From Akkermansia sp. (GTDB lineage: Bacteria > Verrucomicrobiota > Verrucomicrobiia > Verrucomicrobiales > Akkermansiaceae), in assembly GCA_017472085.1 (NCBI GenBank), contig JAFUQZ010000084.1, positions 424-64,423 on the forward strand: a DNA stretch of 64,000 nt. Direction: 5' to 3'. The notes beneath the pieces are model-generated. The model was not told where the DNA came from. It saw only the letters and a program-made list of their open reading frames with translations, and did no database searches. The position numbers were made by a program, and so were the translations under genes. Positions 21,552 through 31,157 of the stretch are shown here, piece by piece. The stretch's first letter is position 1; each line of letters starts with the position of its first letter.

Positions 21552-23018
21552 TTACCGGAAGGAGCCGATAAGCGGCCAGGTGCCCAGAACGATGAGGGCA
21601 ATGGCGCAGGCGGTCATCACGCAGGCCGTGCAGAAAGGCACGCAGAGCGGCTTGTCTTCAGCCTGCGGTTTTTCCCAGTACATGGCGCGGATAATCTTGA
21701 AGTAGTAGTAGAACCCGGCAGCAGCCGTCACTACCATGATGGGCAGCAGCCATACCAGGCACGTCCAGGACTGCATGACCGTCACCAGGGAGATGAATGA
21801 GGCCATCTTCACCAGGAAGCCCATGGTCAGCGGGACGCCTGCCAGAGAGGCAAAGCTGACCACGATGAGGAATGCCGTGCGCGGGTTGGTCTTACCCAGA
21901 CCGCGGAACGCGCAGATTTCCTCGCTGCCGCGCTGAGTGCGTACCATGGCGATGGCAAAGAATGCCGCCACGGTGGCCAGGGTGTAGGCCATCAGGTACT
22001 GGAACGTGAGGGCTTCCACCGGGCCGCTGAGGTTCACGAAGAACACCAGAATGAAACCGGCCTGACCGATGGAGGAGTAGCCCAGCAGGCGCTTGGCGTT
22101 GCTCTGGAAGAGGGCACCGAGGTTACCAATCAGCAGAGTGGCAGCTGCCACGATGCCGAAGACGCATACCAGCATATCAGCCACGAGTACACCGGGGATG
22201 GCCAGGTCGCGGAAGGGTACTACCAGCGCGCAGAGCAGGGCAAAGCCGGCGGTTTTGGAGGCCACGGCCAGGAAGGTGGTGGTGGGGGTGGGAGCTCCCT
22301 GATACACATCGGGAATCCAGACGTGCATGGGAGCGGCGCCTACCTTGAAGAATGCGCCCAGGAAGAGCAGGGCCACGGCCATCAGGAAGCCGATGGCAAC
22401 CGTGCCGGGGGCAACGCTGCCGACGCGCAGGGTGTCAATCACCACGGAGGAGTCCAGGATGAAGGTTCCGCTCATGCCGAAGTACCAGGCAGCACCGAAC
22501 ACGAGGATGCCCGTGCTCATGGCACCCAGTACCAGGTACTTGATGCCGGCTTCGATGGAGCCCTGATTGCGGCGGAAGTAACCGGCCAGCACATAGGAGG
22601 TCAGCGTGACCACCTCCAGGCTCACAAATACCATGATGAGGTCGGCTGCCTGAGTGAGGCAGAGGATGCCCGCGCATGCTACCAGCGGCAGGGCGTAGAA
22701 TTCGCCCGTGCCTTCATCGTTGCTGCCGCCCGCGATGGAGGCGCAGCTGACCTTGGTGTAATCGTAGGCGAGCAGGATGCTCAGGCCTGTGGCAAGGCAT
22801 GCCAGGAAGCTGTAGGCATTGGTGTGCTCACCGCTGACGGTGAGACAGGCCACCAGCAGCGCACCGATGGCTGCCGTGAGGGCATAGGCTCGCTTGGGCA
22901 GGGCTTTGATGAAGGTGTCTGCCATGAGCAGAACCGCAGCAATCCCGATGAGGATGAAGGCCGGCGTGAACTGACCCCAGGTGTAGGTTGCCGAGCAGTA
23001 TGTTGCAATGTCGTTCAT
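21552..23018 (-). CDS. nuoN: NADH-quinone oxidoreductase subunit N
   Basis: EAGIKYLVLGAMS, FKVGAAPMHVWIPDVYQGAP, AKRLLGYSSIGQAG; operon position. Confidence 0.96.
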   Translation of the reverse strand: MNDIATYCSATYTWGQFTPAFILIGIAAVLLMADTFIKALPKRAYALTAAIGALLVACLTVSGEHTNAYSFLACLATGLSILLAYDYTKVSCASIAGGSNDEGTGEFYALPLVACAGILCLTQAADLIMVFVSLEVVTLTSYVLAGYFRRNQGSIEAGIKYLVLGAMSTGILVFGAAWYFGMSGTFILDSSVVIDTLRVGSVAPGTVAIGFLMAVALLFLGAFFKVGAAPMHVWIPDVYQGAPTPTTTFLAVASKTAGFALLCALVVPFRDLAIPGVLVADMLVCVFGIVAAATLLIGNLGALFQSNAKRLLGYSSIGQAGFILVFFVNLSGPVEALTFQYLMAYTLATVAAFFAIAMVRTQRGSEEICAFRGLGKTNPRTAFLIVVSFASLAGVPLTMGFLVKMASFISLVTVMQSWTCLVWLLPIMVVTAAAGFYYYFKIIRAMYWEKPQAEDKPLCVPFCTACVMTACAIALIVLGTWPLIGSFR

Positions 23019-23037
23019 ATCGTTATCGGGTGATGGT

Positions 23038-24630
23038 TCAGATGAGGTTCATGAGCAGCTGCGGGGCAATGCCGAACAGCACGATGAAGAGCGCCAGGAA
23101 AGCGGCAGAGATGATGTCGAGAGCGCTCAGCTTTGTGGCGCGCTCGGAGGTGTGACCGATTTCGCTCTCGAAGATGTTGCGGAAGGCTCGCAGCATGTAA
23201 ATGGCGCTGATGACCAGCCCCCACAGGGCAAAGACCAGCGTCAGCTGCACGGCGCCCAGTCCGCCGAAGAGGGCGGCAATGGAGTTGAGCGCGCAGGTGA
23301 TGCCGCCGAATATCCAGGCGAACACGCAGCCGATACCCCAGGGCAGATTCTGCAGCCAGTTGATGCTGCAGGTGAGCACATCGCATCCGGCGGTGGCGGC
23401 GGCAGCGCCCGGCTGCCAGTTCTCGAAGCAGGAGACAAAGACGGTGTATTCTCCGGCGAAGTTGGCCAGCAGCGGCAGACCGATGGAGGCCATGCCGGCC
23501 AGTCCGAACAGGAAGCCCAGCAGCGGCAGCTTGCGGGCAAGGCCGCCCATGGAGTCGAGCTCCAGCGTGCGGGTCTGGCTCTCAATCTGTCCGGTGAGCA
23601 GGAAGAGCATGGCGATGGTCAGACCGTGTGCCAGCATCAGCACGGCAGCACCGGAGTAGGCCAGCTGGTTGGCTCCCTTGTCTGCCACGAAGGCGGCAAA
23701 GGCCAGGAAGATGTAGCCCATGTGCATGACGGAAGAGTTACCGAGCATGTCGTCCAGACGGGTCTGGGAAACGGTCACATAGCCCACCCACAGGATGTTG
23801 CCCAGCAGGAGCAGCAGCAGCAGGTTGTTCCAGCTGCCGAAGAGGTCTCCGCACTTGGGACCGAACGCAGCCGCCAGGGTGAAGAGGCCGTACAGACCGA
23901 ACTTCTTGAGCACACCCGCATGCAGCATGCTGATGGGGGTGGGGGCGCTGGCATAGGCCGGAGCTGCCCAGGTGTGGAAGGGGAAGAGCGACACCAGCGT
24001 GCCGAAGCCCACGATCAGCAGCCCGGCAATCAGGCAGGGCGTGGTGGGCATGATGCCGGAGGCCACGGAAGTTGCCATTTCGGTGAAGGTCCAGGCGTGC
24101 ATCTGTGTGCAGAGCAGCAGCAGACCCGCCAGCAGCACCATGGAGGCCAGCCCCAGGTACACCGTGGCGGTCCAGGCGATGGTGCGGCGGTCACCGCGAC
24201 CATAGCAGCCAATCATGATGAAGGTGGGAATGAGGGCAAGCTCATGGAAGCCGTAGAAGGCGATGATGTTGTCGGACATGAAGGCACCCAGGGCACCGGC
24301 CGACAGCAACAGCGCGGAGATGGCCCAGCTGCGCTCGGCATCCTTGTCCGGGGCTTTCATGCCGACAACGGCGGCAAAGGTCACCAGAATCGCCAGCAGC
24401 ACCATGATTTTGCTGAGCGGCAAAGACAGGGTGAACTGGATGGGCTCTCCGCAGAACGTGGAGAGACAGGCTGCGCTGCAAGCGGGGCAGAGGGTGGAAC
24501 CGATGATGGCTCCCACGCCCAATACAAGCATGATGGCGGCAGCGGTAATCGCCGTGAAGCGACCCGGCGTGCGAAGCAGGCCGATGAGGGCTGCGGCAAT
24601 CACAGGTACGAGAATAAGCCAGATAAGCAT
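23038..24630 (-). CDS. nuoM: NADH-quinone oxidoreductase subunit M
   Basis: FHELALIP, LFPFHTWAAPAY, HAGVLKKFGLYG, MASIGLPLLANFAGE. Confidence 0.95.
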   Translation of the reverse strand: MLIWLILVPVIAAALIGLLRTPGRFTAITAAAIMLVLGVGAIIGSTLCPACSAACLSTFCGEPIQFTLSLPLSKIMVLLAILVTFAAVVGMKAPDKDAERSWAISALLLSAGALGAFMSDNIIAFYGFHELALIPTFIMIGCYGRGDRRTIAWTATVYLGLASMVLLAGLLLLCTQMHAWTFTEMATSVASGIMPTTPCLIAGLLIVGFGTLVSLFPFHTWAAPAYASAPTPISMLHAGVLKKFGLYGLFTLAAAFGPKCGDLFGSWNNLLLLLLLGNILWVGYVTVSQTRLDDMLGNSSVMHMGYIFLAFAAFVADKGANQLAYSGAAVLMLAHGLTIAMLFLLTGQIESQTRTLELDSMGGLARKLPLLGFLFGLAGMASIGLPLLANFAGEYTVFVSCFENWQPGAAAATAGCDVLTCSINWLQNLPWGIGCVFAWIFGGITCALNSIAALFGGLGAVQLTLVFALWGLVISAIYMLRAFRNIFESEIGHTSERATKLSALDIISAAFLALFIVLFGIAPQLLMNLI

Positions 24631-24651
24631 GATTGTGATATCAGGTTAGTG

Positions 24652-26487
24652 TTAGAGGGCGATGAGAACGATGATGATGAGGATACCCAGACCTGCCACG
24701 CAGGAATAGGCGCGCAGCGAGCCGCACTGTATCCAGCTGAGCAGGATGCCGACGCGTCCCACCAGCCAGGCGAGTCCCTGCACCAGCAGGCCGCGGATGA
24801 GGGCGGAGTCGATGAACTCGATGATGTGAGCACCGCACTGCTGCAGACCGCCCACCAGTACCTTGTCGTAGAGGGCATCGATGTAGAGACGCTTGCGGAG
24901 AGCGGTGGCGATGAAGTTGTTGCCCAGCGGATCGGAGCTGCGCTTGCCGAAGCCGTAGACGGCGATGGCGGCCAGCAGACCCAGCACCAGCGCACCCAGG
25001 CTCACGTAGAAGGTGAAGCCGATGTGGAAGCCGGGAGCACTGAAGCCCTCAGCGGGTACCAGGTAATCAGCCACAAAGCCGTAGCCGGAGATGATGGCCA
25101 TGACGGCCAGCAGCAGCAGCGGCAGCAGCATGGTCGGCGAGGCTTCGCGGGCTTCTTCCGCGCCGTGGGCACGGGCCGATCCGAAGAAGGCTACCAGGCA
25201 GAGACGGGTCATGTAGAAGGTGGTGATGGCGGCCACGCCGGCTCCAATCCAGAAGAAGGCGGGGTGGTTGACGATGGCGGCATCGAGGATGGCTTCCTTG
25301 GAGAAGAAGCCGGAGAATCCGGGGACGGCGATGAGGGCGAAGGTGCCCATGAGGAAGCAGAGCACGGTCACCGGCATGCGGCGAGCCAGTCCGCCCATTT
25401 TCCAGATGTCCTGCTCGTGGTGGCAGCAGACGATGACGGCGCCGGCACCCAGGAAGAGCAGAGCCTTGAACCAGGCGTGTGTGTACAGGTGGAACATGGC
25501 GGCTTCACCGGCCAGCAGACCCACGGCCATGACCATGTAGCCCAGCTGGGACAGGGTGGAGTAGGCCAGCACGCGCTTGATGTCGTCCTGCTGGGTGGCG
25601 ATGATGGCGGCCATCACAGCGGTGATGGCACCCACGGTGGCAATGACCATGCAGGCGGTCTCCGTGAAAGCGCCGGTACCCATGCTGATCTGCAGACGCA
25701 CCATCATGTACACACCGGCGGCCACCATGGTGGCGGCGTGGATGAGGGCGGAAACGGGCGTGGGGCCTTCCATGGCGTCCGGCAGCCACACATGCAGCGG
25801 GAACTGGGCGGACTTACCGATGGCACCGCAGAAGAGGCAGATGACGGTCACCGTCAGCAGGCAGGGAGTCACGCCGGCAACGGCGGTGCCCATGTCGGCA
25901 AAGGTGAGGGTGCCGAACACACCGAGAGTGAGCAGGATACCCAGCAGGAATCCGAAGTCGCCCACGCGGTTGGTGATGAATGCCTTTTTGGCGGCATCGG
26001 CGGCGCTGGCCTTGTGGAACCAGTGGCCGATGAGCAGGTAGGACGAGAAGCCCACCATTTCCCAGCCGATGAAGGTCATGGCCAGGTTGTCCGCCAGCAC
26101 GATGGTGCTCATGCTGAACATGAAGATGCTCAGCCCGGCGAAGTAGCGGCTCAGGTTGGAGCTGTCGCCCTTCATGTAGCCCAGGGAGAAGATGTGTACC
26201 AGCAGGCCGATGCCGGTCACCACCAGCATCATGCGCATGGCCAGTGCATCCATGGTCAGACCCAGGTGCAGGGACAGAGTGCCGGAGGCCATGGGCATCC
26301 AGGTGTAGACATCCGGCGTGCCGGTCTGCCAGCCGGAGAGGTAGGCCACACACAGGGCAAAGGTGCCCAGTGCGGACAGGATGGAGAGTGTGGCGGCCGT
26401 TTTGGGGCACTTGTGGAAGACCACCCAGTCAATGGCTGCCACCAGCAGCGGCAGTACGAGGAAGAGCCAGGGAAGATTCTGTATCAT
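24652..26487 (-). CDS. nuoL: NADH-quinone oxidoreductase subunit L
   Basis: AAKKAFITNRVGDFG, GKSAQFPLHVWLPDAMEGPTPVSALIHAATMV, QDDIKRVLAYSTLSQLGYM. Confidence 0.98.
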   Translation of the reverse strand: MIQNLPWLFLVLPLLVAAIDWVVFHKCPKTAATLSILSALGTFALCVAYLSGWQTGTPDVYTWMPMASGTLSLHLGLTMDALAMRMMLVVTGIGLLVHIFSLGYMKGDSSNLSRYFAGLSIFMFSMSTIVLADNLAMTFIGWEMVGFSSYLLIGHWFHKASAADAAKKAFITNRVGDFGFLLGILLTLGVFGTLTFADMGTAVAGVTPCLLTVTVICLFCGAIGKSAQFPLHVWLPDAMEGPTPVSALIHAATMVAAGVYMMVRLQISMGTGAFTETACMVIATVGAITAVMAAIIATQQDDIKRVLAYSTLSQLGYMVMAVGLLAGEAAMFHLYTHAWFKALLFLGAGAVIVCCHHEQDIWKMGGLARRMPVTVLCFLMGTFALIAVPGFSGFFSKEAILDAAIVNHPAFFWIGAGVAAITTFYMTRLCLVAFFGSARAHGAEEAREASPTMLLPLLLLAVMAIISGYGFVADYLVPAEGFSAPGFHIGFTFYVSLGALVLGLLAAIAVYGFGKRSSDPLGNNFIATALRKRLYIDALYDKVLVGGLQQCGAHIIEFIDSALIRGLLVQGLAWLVGRVGILLSWIQCGSLRAYSCVAGLGILIIIVLIAL

Positions 26488-26505
26488 ATCTGTATTGCTG
26501 TGGGG

Positions 26506-26826
26506 TTAGTCTTTGAGTGTGTTGAGGGCGGAGCTGTCCACCGTGCGGCGGGCGCGGAACATAGCAACGATGAGTGCCAGACCAATGGATACTTCAGCCG
26601 CGGCGATGGCCACGATGAAGAGGGAAAGTACCTGGGCATCGTACACCGGAATGCCCTCTGTACCCTGAGCGCGGGAGAAGGCCACCAGCGAGATGTTGGC
26701 CGCGCTGAGCATCATCTCCAGACACATGAACACCACGAGGATGTTTCTGCGGATGAGTACCCCGGCCAGCCCGATGGAGAACAGGATGCCTGAGAAAATC
26801 AGGTAATGTGCTAACGGAATTGTCAT
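26506..26826 (-). CDS. nuoK: NADH-quinone oxidoreductase subunit K
   Basis: RRNILVVFMCLEMML, AIAAAEVSIGLAL. Confidence 0.97.
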   Translation of the reverse strand: MTIPLAHYLIFSGILFSIGLAGVLIRRNILVVFMCLEMMLSAANISLVAFSRAQGTEGIPVYDAQVLSLFIVAIAAAEVSIGLALIVAMFRARRTVDSSALNTLKD

Positions 26827-26844
26827 GGGTGTGTGTGAAAGGGG

Positions 26845-27522
26845 TTAGTCTTTGCGAATCTTGCGGGCCAGAGCCACGGCGCCCACCGTGCCGGAAAGCA
26901 GGGCAAAGCTCAGGATGACAAAGGCGATGTTGTACTGAGTGAACAGGGTTTTGCCCAGCAGCTTCACGTCCGGGTACCCGGTGGCGGCTGCGGCTGCCTC
27001 GGGGCTCATGCCGGGATTGGCTGCCAGGTTGGCGGCCGTGCTGTTCAGCTGCGGCAGGGAACCGCCGAATCCGGTCGGCTTGGCGGCGGGTGTCTCTGCC
27101 TTGGGTTCATCGGTCACGGCGAGGGCATCAATGTTTTCGCAGGCGGTCAGCACCGGGCAGGCATTGTCCCCGGCACCCGGCAGGTGCAGAGCCACATGGG
27201 TGACGATACCGGCAAAGACGGAGGCCACGACCACGCCCACGACCATGGGCATCAGCCCGGAGTGCTCCTCGGCCTTCACGTCGAGCATCATCACGATGAA
27301 GAGGAAGAGCACCAGGATGGCGCCGGCATAGACGATGAGCTGGACGATGCCCATGAACTGTGCCCCCATGCCGAAGAGGATGGCGGCGGTGAACCCGAAG
27401 CTCAGAGCCATGTTCATGGCCGATGCCACGGGGTTGCGGAAGGCTACGACGCCGATGGCGCACAGGGCTGCCAGTGCCGCAAACACGTAAAAGATAATCT
27501 GACAAATGGCGGATTCAAACAT
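26845..27522 (-). CDS. nuoJ: NADH-quinone oxidoreductase subunit J
   Basis: NPVASA, QLIVYAGAILVLFLFIVMML, GKTLFTQY. Confidence 0.96.
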   Translation of the reverse strand: MFESAICQIIFYVFAALAALCAIGVVAFRNPVASAMNMALSFGFTAAILFGMGAQFMGIVQLIVYAGAILVLFLFIVMMLDVKAEEHSGLMPMVVGVVVASVFAGIVTHVALHLPGAGDNACPVLTACENIDALAVTDEPKAETPAAKPTGFGGSLPQLNSTAANLAANPGMSPEAAAAATGYPDVKLLGKTLFTQYNIAFVILSFALLSGTVGAVALARKIRKD

Positions 27523-27531
27523 GGCGGTATA

Positions 27532-28098
27532 TTATTTGTATTGGTTCCACTTGTTGACCAGACCCTTGCGCGTGCCGCCCAGGCGGTAGAGCGTCTCCTT
27601 GTTGCGGACGGCGTTCTTGCGGTCGGTCATGGTGATGAGGTATTCCTTGGAGAGGAAGATGGCCTGTTCCGGGCAGACTTCCTGGCACATGCCGCAGTAG
27701 ATGCAGCGCAGCATGTCAATCTCGAACTCCCTGGGGGCTTTTTCCTGTTTCTGACAGCCGCTTTCCGGTGAGACCTCACCGGGGGTCACGGTGATGGCGC
27801 GGGCCGGGCAGATGAACTCGCAGAGCTGGCAGGAAACGCAGCGCTCGCGTCCGTCCTCGCCGCGCACCAGCGTGGGGGCGCCGCGGTAGTATTCGGGCAT
27901 GCGGTCATCCCAGCGTTGCTCGGGGAAGGGCATACAGGCGCCCACGCCCTTGCCGTTGAATTCTTTCTTGGCCGGGGTCTTGCCCAGGAGGGAAAGCACC
28001 AGGTGCTTGAGGGTGATGCAGAGCCCCTTGACGAGCTCCACCACGTACACCTTGTCCAGAATGGAGAACTTGGGTCGTTTAATCTTGATGTAAGACAT
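27532..28098 (-). CDS. nuoI: NADH-quinone oxidoreductase subunit I
   Basis: CVSCQLCEFICP and CIYCGMCQEVCP 2x[4Fe-4S] motifs. Confidence 0.97.
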   Translation of the reverse strand: MSYIKIKRPKFSILDKVYVVELVKGLCITLKHLVLSLLGKTPAKKEFNGKGVGACMPFPEQRWDDRMPEYYRGAPTLVRGEDGRERCVSCQLCEFICPARAITVTPGEVSPESGCQKQEKAPREFEIDMLRCIYCGMCQEVCPEQAIFLSKEYLITMTDRKNAVRNKETLYRLGGTRKGLVNKWNQYK

Positions 28099-28113
28099 GA
28101 TGAGTGAAAGGGG

Positions 28114-29379
28114 TTACTTGATGAAGTACAGTACGGCGGCGGTCAGGAAGATGTTGGCTACGGCCAGCTCCAGGAATACGAGCCAGCCCAGCTTCATCAC
28201 CTGATCCCAGCGGAAGCGCGGCAGTGTCCAGCGCACCCACACGAAGAAGAAGATGAAAGCCACCAGCTTGATGAGGAACATGAGGAACTGGCAGATGACG
28301 GCTACCCAGTCGCACCATGCGGCCAGTGCCTCATCAATGCCGAAGCCGATGGACCAACCACCCAGGAAGAGTGTGACCACCAGCGCGGAGCCGATGACCA
28401 TGGCGGCGTATTCGCCCATGAAGAATGAGGCAAACTTCATGGAGGAGTATTCCGTGTGGTAACCGCCCACCAGGTCGGTTTCACATTCGGCCATATCGAA
28501 AGGCGTACGGTTGGCCTCTGCAAAGACGCAGGTCACGAAGATGATGAAGCTGAGCGCCATCGGTACCATCATGGCCCAGCGCTGGAGGCTCAGACCCTCA
28601 CCCCAGAGCGGCAGGAGAGTCCAGCCGTTGGCGGCCTGGTTGCTCACGATGTCCTGCAGGTTGAGCGTGCCGAACATCATCAGCAGAGGGATGATGGAGA
28701 GACCCATGGCCACCTCGTAGGAGATGAGCTGAGCCGTGGCGCGCAGACCGCCCAGGAACGGGAACTTGGAGTTGGAGGACCAACCGGCCATGGTGAGACC
28801 GTAGACAGAGAGGCCGGAGATGGCGAAAATCCACAGCGGGCCGATGCCGATGTTGGCCACCACCATGTTGATATCACCCCAGCAGGTGGAGGCGGAGGAG
28901 GCAAAGGGCACTACGGCCGCAGCCACCATGGGCGGCCCCAGCACGAGCATGGGTGCGATGGTGAAGTAGAGCTTGCGCACGTAGGAGGGGGTGTTCTCCT
29001 GCTTGAGGAAGAGCTTGCCGCCGTCCAGACAGGGCTGCATCAGACCGAAGGTCGGAATGTCGCGGTCGAGTTTCAGCCAGGTGCAGAGTCTGGCAATCCA
29101 GCAGGTCTCCGGGATGCCGAAGTAGTGCAGCAGGTTCTTGAGCGGCTGCTTCTCCTTGCTGCCGTAGCGCTTGAAGAGAGTCAGCGGAATGCCGGCGCGG
29201 TTGGGGCCGGGGCGATCCTGAATCCAGCCGGCGACTCGGCGCTCAATCCACACGGAAAGGACAACGAATGCCAGAATCACGGCAAACATCAGCACCAACT
29301 TGATTACCGTGGTAATCAGGTAGAACCAGATGTCGTTTTCCAGCAGGTTGTCGCACCAATTTAAGATAGCGTCCATCAT
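28114..29379 (-). CDS. nuoH: NADH-quinone oxidoreductase subunit H
   Basis: ERRVAGWIQDRPGPNR, GGLRATAQLISYE, EANRTPFDMAECETDLVGGYHTEYS, RWTLPRFRWDQ. Confidence 0.97.
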   Translation of the reverse strand: MMDAILNWCDNLLENDIWFYLITTVIKLVLMFAVILAFVVLSVWIERRVAGWIQDRPGPNRAGIPLTLFKRYGSKEKQPLKNLLHYFGIPETCWIARLCTWLKLDRDIPTFGLMQPCLDGGKLFLKQENTPSYVRKLYFTIAPMLVLGPPMVAAAVVPFASSASTCWGDINMVVANIGIGPLWIFAISGLSVYGLTMAGWSSNSKFPFLGGLRATAQLISYEVAMGLSIIPLLMMFGTLNLQDIVSNQAANGWTLLPLWGEGLSLQRWAMMVPMALSFIIFVTCVFAEANRTPFDMAECETDLVGGYHTEYSSMKFASFFMGEYAAMVIGSALVVTLFLGGWSIGFGIDEALAAWCDWVAVICQFLMFLIKLVAFIFFFVWVRWTLPRFRWDQVMKLGWLVFLELAVANIFLTAAVLYFIK

Positions 29380-29408
29380 ATCAGGTTTATATTACGTTGG
29401 TGTTGAGA

Positions 29409-31142
29409 TTAGTTCTTAGCTTTTGTGCGCTCGATGAGGGGGATGGTGACACCGGTGTTGAGAATCACCTTGCCCTCGTTGCCGATGTTGCCCCAGGTGA
29501 GGCCCTTCATCGGCTCGAACTCCTGTGCCATTTCCTCCAGCACCATCATCGGTGTGGGGCAGGCAATCACTTTTACGCAGTCGCAGCCCAGACGCTCGGA
29601 CACATCGCGGAAGATGGCCCAGTCGGAATGCGCCTCGCCCATCGGCTCGATGGCCTTGTTCAGTCGCTGGATGCGGCCGGCCACGTTAATCATGGTGCCG
29701 TATTTCTCTGCAAAGGTCACACCGGGCAGCACCACGTCGGACATGCGGGTGGTTTCGTTCTCGCTGTGGTGGATGGTCAGCAGGTAGTCCAGCCCTTCGA
29801 GGTCCTCCTTCGTGAAGCCGGCCTCCGGGGAGGTCAGATCCTCGCCCAGTGCGATGACGAAGCGGACGGTGCCGTTGCGTACGCCGCGGCGGATGGCGTT
29901 CAGACCGGTGCCGGTCTTACCCAGAATCATCTTCACGCCGTTGGTGTTCGGGTTGCGGTCTTCGCTCACGAGCATGTTGTCACCGGCACCCTTGCGGGAA
30001 ACGATGTCGAGCTTGGTGATACCCAGCTGGCGGGCCAGAGCGCGCACCATGTAGAGCTCTTCGTTGGTCATGCGGGCAGAGGCCACGATGGCGGTTTCCG
30101 TGGGGGCGCACTTGTGCAGCTGCTCGACCACGAGGTTGAGGGCAGAGTCCCAGGTGGCGGGACGCTGCGGTGCCTTGGTATCCGTCTTGACCAGCGGGGT
30201 AAGGATACGCTCCGGGGCGTTGATGTATTTGTAGTTGAGGCGGTGGCTGTCGGGCATCCAGCAACTGTTCACCTCGTCATTCTGGCGCGGGGTGATGCGG
30301 TATACCTTGCTCTCACGGGTCCAGATGTTGATGTTGGTGCCGGTGCCGCAGTTCACGTCGATGGTCGGCGTGCTCTTCAGGAACCAGACGCGCATCCGGA
30401 AGCGGAAATCCTTGCTGGTGAGAGCACCCACGGGGCAGAGGTCCACGGTGTTCATGGAGTAATTGCTGTCCAGCGTGGTGCCGGGATAGCAGGAGATGGC
30501 GTTGTGGGTGCCGCGGTTCACGACGCCCAGCACCTCTTCGCCCACGATTTCCTTCATGAATCGGACACAGCGGCGGCAGAGCACGCAGCGCTCCTGGTCC
30601 AGATTCACACGCGGCCCGATGGACAGGTTCTTGCCCTTCTTGGTCTTGGCCTCAGTGAAGCGGTGCGTGCCGCGACCGTAGTCGGCGGTGTACTCCTGCA
30701 GCTTGCATTCGCCGGCCTGGTCGCAGATGGGGCAGTCCAGCGGGTGGTTGGTCAGCAGGAACTCCAGCACGCCCTTGCGGGCCTCTTCGGTCATTTTGCT
30801 GTTGGTGCGGATCCCCATGTTCTCACCCACGGTGTTGGCGCAGGCGATGACGGCACGGGGCATCCAGGAGATGGGCTGGTAGCCGTTCTCATCATAGGTG
30901 GGGGCTGCACCGGGAGCCAGGCGGGGGGGCATGCCCTGTTCCACCAGACACATGCGGCAGGAGCCCACGATGGAAAGCTTCGGGTGATAGCAGAATGTGG
31001 GCACATGTGCACCCACGGAGTTGCAGGCATCCACGATGCGGGTGCCCTTGGGGAATCGATACCAGGTGCCGTTAATCTGGACGTTCACCTTGCCTTCTGC
31101 GGCTGCGGCGTCCTTCGGCAGTATTGCGGGAATAGAGCTCAT
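29409..31142 (-). CDS. nuoG: NADH-quinone oxidoreductase subunit G (short, 577 aa)
   Basis: FCYHPKLSIVGSCRMCLVE, NHPLDCPICDQAGEC, CVLCRRCVRF, DLCPVGAL. Confidence 0.95.
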   Translation of the reverse strand: MSSIPAILPKDAAAAEGKVNVQINGTWYRFPKGTRIVDACNSVGAHVPTFCYHPKLSIVGSCRMCLVEQGMPPRLAPGAAPTYDENGYQPISWMPRAVIACANTVGENMGIRTNSKMTEEARKGVLEFLLTNHPLDCPICDQAGECKLQEYTADYGRGTHRFTEAKTKKGKNLSIGPRVNLDQERCVLCRRCVRFMKEIVGEEVLGVVNRGTHNAISCYPGTTLDSNYSMNTVDLCPVGALTSKDFRFRMRVWFLKSTPTIDVNCGTGTNINIWTRESKVYRITPRQNDEVNSCWMPDSHRLNYKYINAPERILTPLVKTDTKAPQRPATWDSALNLVVEQLHKCAPTETAIVASARMTNEELYMVRALARQLGITKLDIVSRKGAGDNMLVSEDRNPNTNGVKMILGKTGTGLNAIRRGVRNGTVRFVIALGEDLTSPEAGFTKEDLEGLDYLLTIHHSENETTRMSDVVLPGVTFAEKYGTMINVAGRIQRLNKAIEPMGEAHSDWAIFRDVSERLGCDCVKVIACPTPMMVLEEMAQEFEPMKGLTWGNIGNEGKVILNTGVTIPLIERTKAKN

Positions 31143-31157
31143 GTAGTTAAGAGAGGT

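Noticed and set aside
29409-31142. nuoG as a truncated pseudogene
   Set aside because: Uninterrupted ORF with intact N1b/N4/N5 ligands and normal spacing to both neighbours; short NuoG forms are known.
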